Source: Nemertoderma westbladi (taxonomy: Eukaryota > Animalia > Xenacoelomorpha). Taken from it: a DNA stretch of 64,000 bases. Numbering within the stretch: the stretch's first letter is position 1; every line of letters begins with the position of its first letter. The position numbers and the translations under genes are program-made. The notes beneath the pieces are model-generated. The model saw only the letters and a list, made by a program, of their open reading frames with translations. It made no database searches and was not told the origin of the DNA. Shown piece by piece: positions 47,701 to 61,300 of this stretch. The DNA lies in contig JAUCBJ010002506.1 in assembly GCA_032718475.1 (NCBI GenBank), positions 1 to 64,000 of the forward strand, given 5' to 3'.

Positions 47701-50700
47701 ACATTATATTTACCTGTATGCTCCCCTCCCACACACTATATTTACCTGTATGCTCCCCTCCCACACACTATATTTACCTGTATGCTCCCCTTCCACACAC
47801 TATATTTACCTGCATGCTCCCCTTCCACACACTGTATTTACCTGTATGATCCCCTCCCATACAATATATTTACCTGTATGCTCCCCTCACATACAATATA
47901 TTTACCTGTATACTCCCCTCCCACACACTATATTTACCTGTATGCTCCCCTTCCACACAATATATATATTTACCTGCATGCTCCCCTCCCACACACTATA
48001 TTTACCTGTATGCTCCCCTCCATACACTATATTTACCTGTATGCTCCCCTGCCATGACACTATATTTACCTGTATGCTCCCCTCCATACACTATATTTAC
48101 CTGTATACTCCCCTCCCACACACTATATTGACCTGTATGCTCCCCTTCCACACACTGCATTTACCTGTATGCTCCCCTTCCACACATTATATTTACCTGT
48201 CCTGTATGCTCCCCTTCCACATATTATATTTACCTGTATGCTCCCCTTCCACACACTGTATTTACCTGTATGATCCCCTCCCATACAATAGATTTACCTG
48301 TATGCTCCCCTCACATACAATATATTTACCTGTATACTCCCCTCCCACACACTATATTTACCTGTATGCTCCCCTTCCACACAATATATATATTTACCTG
48401 CATGCTCCCCTCCCACACACTATATTTACCTGTATGCTCCCCTCCATACACTATATTTACCTGTATGCTCCCCTGCCATGACACTATATTTACCTGTATG
48501 CTCCCCTCCATACACTATATTTACCTGTATACTCCCCTCCCACACACTATATTGACCTGTATGCTCCCCTTCCACACACTGCATTTACCTGTATGCTCCC
48601 CTTCCACACATTATATTTACCTGTATGCTCCCCTTCCACATATTATATTTACCTGTATGCTCCCCTTCCACACACTGCATTTACCTGTATGCTCCCCTTC
48701 CACACACTGTATTTACCTGTATGATCCCCTCCGGTTATATTGAAAAATATCGAGACATGAAAAATAACGATAATATCGAGAGTTCAAAAAATATCGAGAG
48801 TAAAAATATCGAGGGTAAAAATATCGAGAGTAAAAATACCGAGTGTTGAAAAATATCGAGAGTAAAAATATCGAGAGTAAAAATGTCGAGTGTTGAAAAA
48901 TATCGAGAGTAAAAATATCGAGTGTTGAAAAATATCGAGAGTAAAAATATCGAGAGTAAAAATATCGAGAGTAAAAATATCGAGAGTAACAATATCGAGA
49001 GTCAAAATATCGAGTGTTGAAAAATATCGAGAGTAAAAATATCGAGTGTTGAAAAATATCGAGAGTAAAAATATCGAGTATTGAAAAATATCGAGAGTAA
49101 AAATATCGAGTGTTGAAAAATATCGAGAGTAAAAATATCGAGTGTTGGAAAATATCAAGTGTTGAAAAATATCGAGAGTAAAAATATCGAGAGTAAAAAT
49201 ATCGAGTGTTGAAAAATATCGAGAGTAAAAATATCGATAGTAACATTTTTTTTAAATAAGGGTTGTATGATAATTTTGTTTACTAAAAATGTTCTAGAAC
49301 AACAATATTTATCAACATTTGGTAGCTTATACGTGTTCTAATATAATATTTAACCAATATTTATAATATTTATCAACATTTGGTAGCTTATACGTGTTCT
49401 AATATAATATTTAACAATATTTATAATATTTATCAAAATTCATAGCTAGCACTTCTTTTATAATATTTATTAAAAAAATAGCAAAAACTAGCTAGTATAA
49501 TAAATCTGGTAAATGGGTACCCAAGGTGTATTACATAATGCCATTCACTTGCACTTGCACTGTTGTAACCCATGCACTGCAATATTGTTCCATAATTCTA
49601 AATAAAATGCTCAAGCAAAATGCAATATTTTTACTCTCGATATTTTTCAACACTCGATATTTTTACTCTCGATATTTTTCAACACTCGATATTTTCAACA
49701 CTCGTTATTTTTACTCTCGATATTTTTCAACACTCGATATTTTTACTCTCGATATTTTTACTCTCGATATTTTTCAACACTCGATATTTTTACTCTCGAT
49801 ATTTTTCAACACTCGATATTTTTCAACACTCGATATTTTTACTCTCGATGTTTTTCAACACTCGATATTTTTACTCTCGATATTTTTCAACACTCGATAT
49901 TTTTATTTTCGATATTTTTCATCTCGCGTTATTTTTACTCTCGATATTTTTTAATAACGTTAATTTTCAACACTCGTTATTTTTACTCTCGATATTTTTA
50001 CTCTCGTTATTTTTACTCTCGATATTTTTCAAGTCTCGATATTTTTCACCATTACCTCCCCTCCCATACAATATATTTACCTGTATGCTCCCCTCCCACA
50101 CATTATATTTACCTGTATGCTCCCCTTCCACACACTATATTTACCTGCATGCTCCCCTTCCACACACTGTATTTACCTGTATGATCCCCTCCCACACACT
50201 ATATTTACCTGTATGCTCCCCTCCATACACTATATTTACCTGTATGCTACTCTCCCACACACTATATTTACCTGTATGCTCCCCTTCCACACACTGTATT
50301 TACCTGTATGATACCCTCCCATACAATATATTTACCTGTATGCTCCCCTCCCACACATTATATTTACCTGTATGCTCCCCTCCCACACACTATATTTACC
50401 TGTATGCTCCCCTCCCACACACTATATTTACCTGTATGCTCCCCTTCCACACACTGTATTTACCTGTATGATACCCACCCATACAATATATTTACCTGTA
50501 TGCTCCCCTCCCACACACTATATTTACCTGCATGCTCCCCTCCCACACACTATATTTACCTGTATGCTCCCCTCCCACACACTATATTTACCTGTATGCT
50601 CCCCTCCATACACTATATTTACCTGTATGCTCCTCTCCCACACACTATATTTACCTGTATGCTCCCCTTCCACACACTGTATTTACCTGTATGATACCCT

Positions 50701-52028
50701 CCCATACAATATATTTACCTGTATGCTCCCCACCCACACATTATATTTACCTGTATGCTCCCCTTCCACACACTATATTTACCTGCATGCTCCCCTTCCA
50801 CACACTGTATTTACCTGTATGATCCCCTTCCACACACTATATTTACATGTATGCTCCCCTCCCATACAATATATTTACCTGTATGCTCCCCTCCCACACA
50901 CTATATTTACCTGTATGCTCCCCTCCCACACACTATATTTACCTGTATGATCCCCTCCCATACAATATATTTACCTGTATGCTCCCCTCCCACACATTAT
51001 ATTTACCTGTATGCTCCCCTTCCACACACTATATTTACCTGCATGCTCCCCCTCCCACACACTATATTTACCTTTATGCTCCCCTCCCACACACTATATT
51101 TACCTGTATGCTCCCCTCCCACACACTATATTTACCTGTATGCTCCCCTCCCACACACTATATTTACCTGTATGCTCCCCTCCCACACATTATATTTACT
51201 TGTATGCTCCCCTTCCACACACTATATTTACCTGCATGCTCCCCTCCCACACACTATATTTACCTGTATGCTCCCCTCCCACACACTATATTTACTTGTA
51301 TGCTCCCCTTCCACACACTATATTTACCTGCATGCTCCCCTCCCACACACTATATTTACCTGTATGCTCCCCTCCCACACACTATATTTACCTGTATGCT
51401 CCCCTCCCACACACTATATTTACCTGTATGCTCCCCTCCCACACACTATATTTACCTGTATGCTCCCCTCCCACACACTATATTTACCTGTATGCTCCCC
51501 TCCCACACACTATATTGACCTGTATGCTCCCCTTCCACACACTGTATTTACCTGTATGCTCCCCTCCCACACACTATATTTACCTGTATGCTCCCCTCCC
51601 ACACACTATATTTACCTGTATGCCCCCCTTCCACACACTGTATTTACCTGTGTGATCCCCTCCCATACAATATATTTACCTGTATGCTCCCCTCCCACAC
51701 ATTATATTTACCTGTATGCTCCACTTCCACACACTATATTTACCTGCATGCTCCCCTCCCACACACTATATTTATTTGTATGCTCCCCTCCATACACTAT
51801 ATTTACCTGTATACTCCCCTCCCACACACTATATTTACCTGTATGCTCCCCTTCCACACACTGCATTTACCTGTATCCCCCCCCCCATACACTATATTTA
51901 CCTGCATGCTCCCCTCTCCCACACACTATGTTTACCTGTATGCTCCCCTGCCATACACTATATTTACCTGTATGCTCCCCTCCATACACTATATTTACCT
52001 GTATGCTCCCCTCCCAGACTATATTTAC
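44750..52028 (-). other. Single phase-0 GT-AG intron (7279 bp) of the PTP gene
   Basis: Splicing gives a continuous D1: ...YWPNEGVEQYGSIQ|VTFRDNQVMANYTVRTF. Confidence 0.9.
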
Positions 52029-52040
52029 CTGTATACTCCC
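45190..52040 (-). repeat. 32-bp minisatellite (~170 units) built from the PTP exon end and 5' splice site
   Basis: Sense unit GTAAATATAGTGTGTGGGAGGGGAGCATACAG; the real junction is GGGAGTATACAG|GTAAATATAGTCTGGGAGG. Interrupted at 48733-50056. Confidence 0.97.
48733..50056. mobile_element. Non-autonomous foldback DNA transposon (Merlin-like) nested in the minisatellite
   Basis: 8-bp TSD TCCCCTCC (48725-48732, 50057-50064); GG...CC termini; long arms made of AAAATATCGAG(AGT/TGTTG) repeats in inverted orientation. Confidence 0.85.
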
Positions 52041-54428
52041 GTACTGCTCGACTCCCTCATTAGGCCAGTACTGATCGCACTTCCTCCGACCTCGCTCAAC
52101 CAAATTCGTTATCATAACGATAACCTGACAGTTTTGATCGTAAACCATCCGCCAGAAGGCCGCCATCGTGCTCTTTAGGGGTCCCTGTGTGGCGATAAAC
52201 CCCCGAGACTTGTGGTAGCCATCGACGTAGTTGGCGTTGATGTAATCCTCCCCGCCGCCCTGCAGCAGCACGCGGGTGTTATCGAAAGCGACGACGTTGA
52301 TGTAACGGTTCTTGAGTTTGTTCTCTGGCCTCAGACTGGCCTCCCAGGTGATCTCGGAGTGCGAGCAGTGCTGCAGACTTTCGTACTCCATGGAGAAGCC
52401 GTGGTCACTATCCGCGTGGAGCAGGATCACGTGTTGCCGGAAGGCGTTCACCTGCAGTTCATCCTTGGATAACTCCTGCTGCAACTCCACGACGCTCAAC
52501 TTCTGCTGCTGCAGTTCTAAGACAATATTAGCGGACTCCTTGGAAGCGGCGTTGGTGTACTGCACGATGTAGACCTGCCGGCGGTGCCAATAGAAAACAG
52601 CGAAAACCGACAGACCCACGAATATTATAATAGGGACGACGATACATGCGATCAACCAACCGGGGGTGCTGGATGCGTGTACCAGTTCGAGGAGAGTGTC
52701 CGGGGTAGATGCGACGGTCGCCGTGGGTCTCCAGTCGTAATGACCCCCGTGGGTGCCGCAGGAACCGTTCGGGGGTCCTTTAAACGAGACCTCCACCCTC
52801 GGGGTCAGCTGTCCTTTGAGTTCTTTGGTTTTAACTAAGACGGAGAACATGACACCACGAACGCGTACCTCGTAGACGCAGGGCCCGCTCGTGTTCTTTA
52901 TAACGAACTGCGTCTCGTTGGCCACAGTTCGGTCCACCACCTCGTGGTTGTGGACGTTTTTCGCTTTGTGAAGGACCTCGTAGTAATCCATATCTTTAGT
53001 CTGCGGTGGTTTCTTCCAGGAGACCAGGATGGTGTGTTTGTCCGGATTGGGGACGGCCTTCATCTCTAGTGGAGCGGAAGGCGCCGCTATATCCGTTCGA
53101 GTTAAACAGAATCCCATGCCGCCCTCTCCCGTCTCGGTGTACCCATTCACATTGAAGGTGTATTCGGTATCGCTCTGCAACCCCCGCACTTGGTACTGGT
53201 GCGTAAACGCGCTGTTTACTACGATCGGGTTCTCCATCACCGAATTGGGTTTGGGACTCGAGCGGATTTTGTATCCCATTAGGACGCCGTTGGTCTCGGC
53301 GATGGGCTCCCAATGAACAATGACCGACGAGTTGGTCCTATCCGATACGTAGCAGGTGGGAGCGAGGGGGTAGCCCTCCAGCGTACGGAGATCGAGATGT
53401 TTAGAAGGATCGGAAGGGCCGGCGTTGTTATTAGCTTGGATGGTTACCATATACCGGGTGTACGGCTTCAACGTGACAATAACAGTCGATATCTCGACCA
53501 CATCCTCAGAGGAGTTGCTAGTGGATTGATTATAAACCACTTCTACCCTCTCGCTGTGAGACTTTATCGACGGCTCCTCGGTTTGGTAGTAAATAACGAT
53601 GAACTTGGAGACGACGACTTCCGGGAGATTCGCCGTTGTCTCGAAGGAATACTTCCAGCTGATCGTCGCGTTCTCCATTCCCGCCTTCACTACCGTGACG
53701 TCATACGGGCGTCTGTTGCCCAGCGGGTAGTTGTTGGTCGTCTCCTCGATGGGATTACTCATCTCGCCGGGGCCGAGTTCATTTATTGGTAGAACGCGGA
53801 ACATATAGGTGGTGGAGGGTTGGAGAGAATCCACGACGACGTATGGAGAGTCAGTCTCAACGTTAGAATCCTCACCAACAACCAGATCAGTGTAATTGTA
53901 AAATACCCTAAACAATAACGCTTTGCTTGCAAGATCTTTCTCATTGGCAGGGTCCCACTTTAGGGAGACTGAGCGAGAAGTTATTTGAGTCCTAGCTAAG
54001 TTGAGGGGTTTCCCTGGGACTTGTGTTTGCACTTGTATATGAACAGCTGTCGTTTTGTGGGTATCCCCGTCCCACTCAATACTGCACGTGTACAAGGCCG
54101 TATCCGACCCTTTTAATTCTTTTATTCTGAATATGCTGCCGCCCTGGGAAATCTCCAAACGAGAATCATTGGAGGTTCCGATATTGTAGAAACTACTATA
54201 CCACGATGCCAACTCTTCACGTTCATCGGAATAATCTTGCCACGCTATTTTGGAATCGTTCTTCCACCAAATAACGGTTTTATTGGCTAATATATTGTGC
54301 ACATTCTGAGCGGCGGCGCAATGTAGTGTGCAAGGGCCATCAACAGCACAAAATTCACGCAGTGGTGAGAATGGATATATTTTATCCAGGTGAATAATCA
54401 GTAGCAGCAGTATCGTAACTAATCCCAT
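52029..54428 (-). CDS. Ptp99A: Receptor tyrosine phosphatase, coding exon 1 (signal peptide, Ig, 4 FnIII, TM, N-terminal half of D1)
   Basis: ATG 54428 (MGLVTILLLLII); Ig domain C...W...DTALYTC; FnIII repeats; TM WLIACIVVPIIIFVGLSVFAVFYW; KNRY, DYINAN, IATQGP, KCDQYWP; donor CAG|GTAAAT. Confidence 0.92.
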
Positions 54429-55367
54429 ACTTGAAGATAAAACGTTTATGAAATATGTACAACACCATATCACACTCCCATCATTCAGTAATTAGCCCCA
54501 ATCACAAAAATTGTTAATTTGTCATATTAGCGTCAATCCATAATAATACGGAAAAAGCAACTGGCTGACAGGTAATAGAAAGATTGAATAACACTTAGGC
54601 CTAATTGTGAAATATATACACTTATAAATTTGGTACCGGTACAGGAACAGCTGTGTGTTTCGCTATAATCTCTAAAACCTGGTAAACATAAAATAAATTG
54701 TACTTCAGCCAACCACACTGCCACAGATCAGAATGAAATAGGACTAATTATTTAGGCCTACATTTTCATATTGGACGCTTAAGGGGACCGGACCATTAAT
54801 TACAACCCCAAATCTATTTTTATTTATTTATAAAGCAAATTCTGAAATTTGAACATACCGGTAATGATATGTGATCTGATCCAGAACACGTCGATTATGT
54901 AAATACCTGTATAACATCTGAACATACTGACATATGAACATCTGTATGTAGACAGGTAGATGTAGATGATCATTTATTATTTATTATTATATCATTTATT
55001 AACCAAACTGCCAACAGTTTTGTTGTCTGCAAAATGGGATCATATCGAGTAAATCACATACTGCATTGCATACCGCAGTACTGTTGTAACTGTACGTATG
55101 TACGCAGATGACATTTGTTTGATTTGTACATGAATTTATGGTTTACAAAATTAACTTAACACCGCTGATAAATTTTCTAACTGTGATTCTATGCTTTTCA
55201 ATGTTAAAAAAACGAAACGTGGGTGAATGTAGATACAGGACAGCATGACGGAACGTAATCAAGATCGAATGTAACATAGTTATTACATATCGAACGTAAC
55301 CGCAATTATGTTACATTGGATCCTATACTGCTATAGGGCCTAACTGCAGAACTGCCTCACTAGGTAC

Positions 55368-55690
55368 CGTAATTCGGGGTGACTTGATACAGTTTTTGCC
55401 TTTAACTGTGAATATCTTCTGAAGTTTTTATCCTACACAGATGGAATAAAAAGAAAATTTTATAGTCGGGATGAGTAGGCCTACTACACCACTAGGCTAA
55501 AGCACTATTTCAGGTGCTTAGTCTAGTGGTGTTTTTTTTTCGTAAAAACCAGCTGTATCAAGTCACCCCACATAACGGGGTGACTTGATACACAAGCCAA
55601 TTTTCCGCAATAATACCACTCTGTCTGTCTGTGAATGAGTTTGGATCATGTTGTAGGCTGTGGGGGTGACTTGATACATCTTGGAAATTT
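55368..55690. mobile_element. End of a TA-targeting DNA transposon with subterminal repeats (partial)
   Basis: TA-CCGTAATTC followed by GGGGTGACTTGATAC, seen four times (one inverted); no matching far end found. Confidence 0.45.
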
Positions 55691-56243
55691 AAAAAAAAGA
55701 ACGAAGTCCCCACCTAACGGGGATATAAAATTATGGCTAAAATTAAAAATAACTCAATTTTTTATGGCAAAATATTTCATATTTAACAAGTTAAATTGCA
55801 CTTTAAAAACGAAAAAGACCTTCATTGTATAGTGACATCCTGACACCAGTAAGTAAGACAATACATTTTAGAAAAAACTGGAAACTAAAACAAAGATAAA
55901 ATATTTTAGAAAATTTAACATATAACAATATTTAACAAGTTAAATTGAAGTTTAACGGTATGACTAATTACCCAAACGCACCCAATCGGCACCCAAACGC
56001 ACCCAAACGCACCCAATCGGCACCCAAACGGCACCCAATGGTACCCAAACGGCATTAAAATTGAACTGCCGGATGAAAATTACCCTCCTATAGGGTACTC
56101 CCTGGCATCCTAAATCAGTTGAGTCAATAGGTAAACGGTGAAATTAACCGGTACCTACCAAATACCAGAATACTGAAATACGGTACCAGCAGATTGGTAT
56201 GTACAATAGCTTACTGTCTGACTGTAAACAAGCTGGCGTATAA

Positions 56244-57635
56244 GTATGTTAGAATGCCGTTTGGGTGGCGTTTGGGTATGTTAGAATGCCGTTTGTTTGA
56301 GTGGCGTTTGGGTAAGGTAGAATTCCGTTTGGGTGGCGTTTGGGTATGTTATAATGCCGTTTGGGTAGCGTTTGAGTATGTTAGAATGCCGTTTGGGTGG
56401 CGTTTGGGTATGTTAGAATGCCGTTTGGGTGGCGTTTGAGTATGTTAGAATGCCGTTTGGGTAGCGTTTGAGTATGTTAGAATGCCGTTTGGGTGGCGTT
56501 TGGGTATGTTAGAATGCCGTTTGGGTGGCGTTTGGGTATGTTAGAATGCCGTTTGAGTGGCGTTTGGGTAAGGTAGAATGCCGTTTGGGTATGTTAGAAT
56601 GCCGTTTGGGTGGCGTTTGGTTATGTTATAATGCCGTTTGGGTGGCGTTTGGGTATGTTAGAATGCCGTTTGGGTGGCGTTTGGGTATGTTAGAATGCCG
56701 TTTGGGTGGCGTTTGGGTATGTTAGAATGCCGTTTGGGTGGCGTTTGGGTATGTTAGAATGCCGTTTGGGTATGTTAGAATGCCGTTTGAGTGGCGTTTG
56801 GGTAAGGTTGAATGCCGTTTGGGAGGCGTTTGGGTATGTTAGAATGCCGTTTGGGTGGCGTTTGGGTATGTTAGAATACCGTTTGAGTGGCGTTTGGGTA
56901 AGGTACAATGCCGTTTGAGTGGCGTTTGGGTATGTTAGCATGCCGTTTGGGTGGCGTTTGGGTATGTTAGAATGCCGTTTGGGTGGCGTTTGGGTATGTT
57001 AGAATGCCGTTTGGGTGGCGTTTGGGTATGTTAGAATGCCGTTTGGGTGGCGTTTGTGTATGTTAGAATGCCGTTTGAGTGGCGTTTGGGTAAGGTAGAA
57101 TGCTGTTTGGGTGGCGTTTGAGTATGTTAGAATGCCGTTTGGGTGGCGATTGGGTATGTTAGAATGCCGTTTGGGTGGAGTTTGGGTATGTTAGAATGCC
57201 GTTTGAGTGGCGTTTGGGTAAGGTAGAATGCCGTTTGAGTGGCGTTTGGATATGTTAGAATGCCGTTTGAGTGGCGTTTGGGTAAGGTAGAATGCCGTTT
57301 GGGTGGCGATTGGGAATGTTAGAATGCCGTTTGGGTGGATTTTGTGTATGTTAGAATGCCGTTTGAGTGGCGTTTGGGTATGTTAGAATGCCGTTTGAGT
57401 GGCGTTTGGGTAAGGTAGAATGCCGTTTGGGTGGCGTTTGGGTATGTTAGAATGCCGTTTGGGTGGCGATTGGGTATGTTAGAATGCCGTTTGGGTGGCG
57501 TTTGGGAATATTATAATGCCGTTTGGGTGGCGTTTGGGTATGTTAGAATGCCGTTTGGGTGGCGTTTGTGTATGTTAGAATGCCGTTTGAGTGGCGTTTG
57601 GGTATGTTAGAATGCCGTTTGAGTGGTTTGAGTGG
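56244..57635. repeat. 32-bp satellite (TATGTTAGAATGCCGTTTGGGTGGCGTTTGGG)n
   Basis: Directly visible; short inverted CACCCAAACG repeats at 55970-56055 suggest a TE subterminal origin. Confidence 0.95.
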
Positions 57636-58355
57636 CCGTTTCCCTCTCATGATTCTAATTACACCATTTATTGTAGAACTAGGGCCTACAGTAGTTGAAG
57701 GCCTACATTATTACTAAAATTGCTTTTATACACCTATTGAGACCACGAGGGTACTAAAAACAACACAATTGACCGGATAGTTTTCGGAACCTTTCGTGTG
57801 ACAAACAAACAAACAGACAGACAGACACGATTTTCTTACAGTAAGTAAATCTGAAGATTTACAAATAATATTATAATATAATATATTTTATTGTTAAAAT
57901 TTACAATAATTACCGCTCATTTGATTGGCCCAGCGGTAAATAATATTTGCATTATTTACCTAGGTAAATGGTGATTATTGCTCTTGAATCAGCCAACGTT
58001 GTGCTGTAATAAATACTATTCTGGGGCATTTATTTTATTTAATGAGTAGCTACTACTAGTAAAATAGAAATCAAGTAATTAATAATCTTCAGATAAATAA
58101 TATGTTCCAGAACATTGTGTATTTATTAAATACAATAAATGGCGTGCCCTGCAGGCTGCAACGGATGCAAATACCTGCACTTTTTGAAGGCCCATATCTC
58201 AGCTATTTCTCATTGACATTAATAGTTATTTAAAAATTTGGAATCCTTTCAACGACACTTTTCAATTGGTATCAACAAATCACAAGAAAGACGAAGAATA
58301 ATTTCGGTGCCACTGGTGTAATGTTTAATACTTATTAAACAATAAGATCTTTTAA

Positions 58356-61300
58356 CCCTTTCAGACCCGAATTATGTTCCCATCGTGGTAAAAATTATTT
58401 TTGTGTTTTAACAGGTCATTTTAGGTCCCAATAACACAATTTGCTAAAAAAAAAAAAAATTTCGAAACACTCTGTTCCTTTGCCAGCATGGGTCATATAT
58501 GGGCCCCCGGGTTTCAAAGGGTGTGAGAGAATATTGCAAAGTCATTTTTTACCAATTTAGAATTACCTATATTTTCTGGTATTTTGTGTTTTTTTTCTGA
58601 TTAAAATTTAAATTGTTATAATAATAAATTATAAGTTTATTTAATAAATTTAAAATTTTATTTAACCCATTTTCAAGTCCAAGTTGAATTTTGTTGCTGA
58701 TCAATTGTGTGGACCTGCAGGCACAGTATACTACGATGCGCAGTTGTGCTGATAGTCTGCCAGTGTTGTGCATCTCGGTAAGTTATTGATTGTGTAAAAA
58801 TAACATAACAAAATTACTCAAAATTATATATTTTTTCAACACTCAATTGGCATATTTATATTGACTGCTCCAATATAAAAAAAATCACTAAAGAACAATA
58901 TAACTAATAAACTGTAGTAATATGAAAATGATTTTTAGAAACATGAAGTCCGGGGAAGATAGCCAAGAACCTCAGTTCCAGCAGGATATTCAGTGAAGGG
59001 GATAAGTGGAATACGAAGTGGAATACGTGTAGAGATAGTCCAACTTCCACGAAAAATATTCAAATTCATTCGTAAGTCATATCATATATTCAACAATGAT
59101 ATTCAACAAAACAGTTCCGATCAGGGCGAATACACAAGAACACTAGGCACTTCATGCACTTCACCTGTGTCTTCAATTTACATTGACGACACCGCAACCG
59201 ACATTTCACATCTACCATTGTGGGAAAATGCGCAATAACATCCTTTCGAATATTCATGGAAGGCTCCCTTAGCGACGGATTGTGGAACCGAGAACGTGCT
59301 GAAGCTGGATCAGGGCTTGAAGACGAAACAGGGGTACTGGGAATCGAGCCGAGCGAGCGCGCTGGACTGTCAATTGAGACAGGTGGGGTAGCAGTGCCAG
59401 GCCGCCCCCTTTTCCTAGATAGACTCGGTGGTGCCTTATCACATAAGATCAAACTAGAGGCCACAGAAGCAGTGAATCTGAGGAGATCGTATCTCTTTTT
59501 AACTGCGATGCCAAGTTGATTACAAGATCGCTTATAGTGAAGCCAAGAATTTACAACAGCGACATTCAGTACCCATAGAAAGACCCTCCTGTACCACTTA
59601 TCACAGCGATGGTTGCATGTGTATAGTGATCTCAACATATCGAATAAGTCAGTTCCACCCATTGCTTTATTGTACTCTGCAACAATGGCGGGTTGGTCTA
59701 CTAATATCTTCTTTCGTTCCTTCTTGCACCATCTCTTGACCTGTCCAACTGGAGCAATAGAGACATGCGTAGAAGCAAGTTGTACAACCCTGTTGTCCAC
59801 CCAGCGCACTATAGCCAACCCACTATTGGCATCAACCTTCGAATCACATGAACCACGGCCACGTTCTTTCAGTTCCTTTTCGGATTCTAATTGACAATCA
59901 CGAATACGATTTCTATTTAGCGTCCCAATTGAACAAAACCCCATGCTTTTCAACATGACTTGCAATTCAGGGAAATTAAAGTAATTATCGAAATACACTT
60001 TAAAGTTCTGTCCTTTGGCAAGGGTCTCTAGTAACTTTAAAACATAGTCACCAGTTTGGAATCCGCAAGAATTATCGACCTCTACATGTCCCTCATATAG
60101 GAAAAAATCATGTGTAAACCCAGAACTTGAATTACGAGAGAATACTTTCATCCCCCACTTCTTTGGTTTCTTTGGCAAGTATTGTAATAATACTGTACGA
60201 CCTTTATACGGAATCATTTGCTCATCCACACACTGAAACTCCTCAGGGGTAAATGTTAAACAAGCCTCCCTTAATTTATTAAGGAGTGGTCGTATTTTTG
60301 CTAACCTATCGTAGCCTGGCGCGCTGGAATTAGTTATAATATTATTATTGTCAGCAAAATGTAAATACCGGTTAATATCTAAAAATCGGTTTCTTGACAT
60401 GATGTCAGAAATGGCTGACACCGTGAAATCTGCATCCCAGTACATACGATAGCGGGGGAGTTTAATTATGCCCATACGAAGTAACAGACCGAGGTATATC
60501 TCTATTTCTTCATCAGAAGTTCTGAACTTCGACAAAGACTGGACAGCAAACAAATTCGATTCTACCGAAATCAAGTTAATCATCTCTTCAGTAAAGTAGA
60601 GTTTAAAATAATCTATCGGTTCATCTACTTTATCTGGTTTATCTCCTAATGCGCCCTTCCATTGTGGTACACATGGAACCAGCGGTTTGAGGACCCCCAT
60701 TTTATTTTTCTTCTCCTTCCGCCATTTGAAGGACCCATACTTGGAACTACCAGTACCGGTACTACTTTTACAAGGTTTTGCAGGTTGCTTTTGTGGAGTC
60801 GCTTCCATTCCTACTACAACCGGGATATCAAAGCCATGAAACTCCTCCTCGCCTAAGCTACTATCAGAATCACTACTACTCTCAACGAATCCGGGAAAAT
60901 CTTCACCATCGTCCGAGCAATTATCTGGGTCTGACACATCTGCATCTGGCAAAACAACTAATTGTATTTCACTCACACCTCTGCGGGTTTGGCGATGGAT
61001 TACGTCGCCATCCATAGGCATTGTAAAGTACTGCCAGGCAGACAGTTATACCTTACGTACTATACAGCTAAACGGCATATAAAGAGCACTAACTGAAACA
61101 ATCTTTGAAATACTGCATTAGTAGGCATAGGCAGGTAGGTACAAATTGCTAGCCATGTCTGACTGTACAAATTCTAATAACCAGAAATGAAACTATACTA
61201 CTGTACTATATAAGGCATTGTAAAGTAGCCTACTGCGAAACAGACAGTTAGTACCTTACCTACTATACAGCTAAATTGCATGTAAAGAGCACTAACTGAA

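Noticed and set aside
51867-52028. C-terminal extension of ORF 51867-54473 as the true protein end
   Set aside because: It is read-through into the intronic satellite; D1 is completed only by splicing to 44749.
45174-52178. Many plus-strand ORFs (HTLYLPVCSPP..., FYSRYFSTLDIF...)
   Set aside because: Translations of the 32-bp satellite and foldback arms in shifting frames, antisense to the PTP intron.
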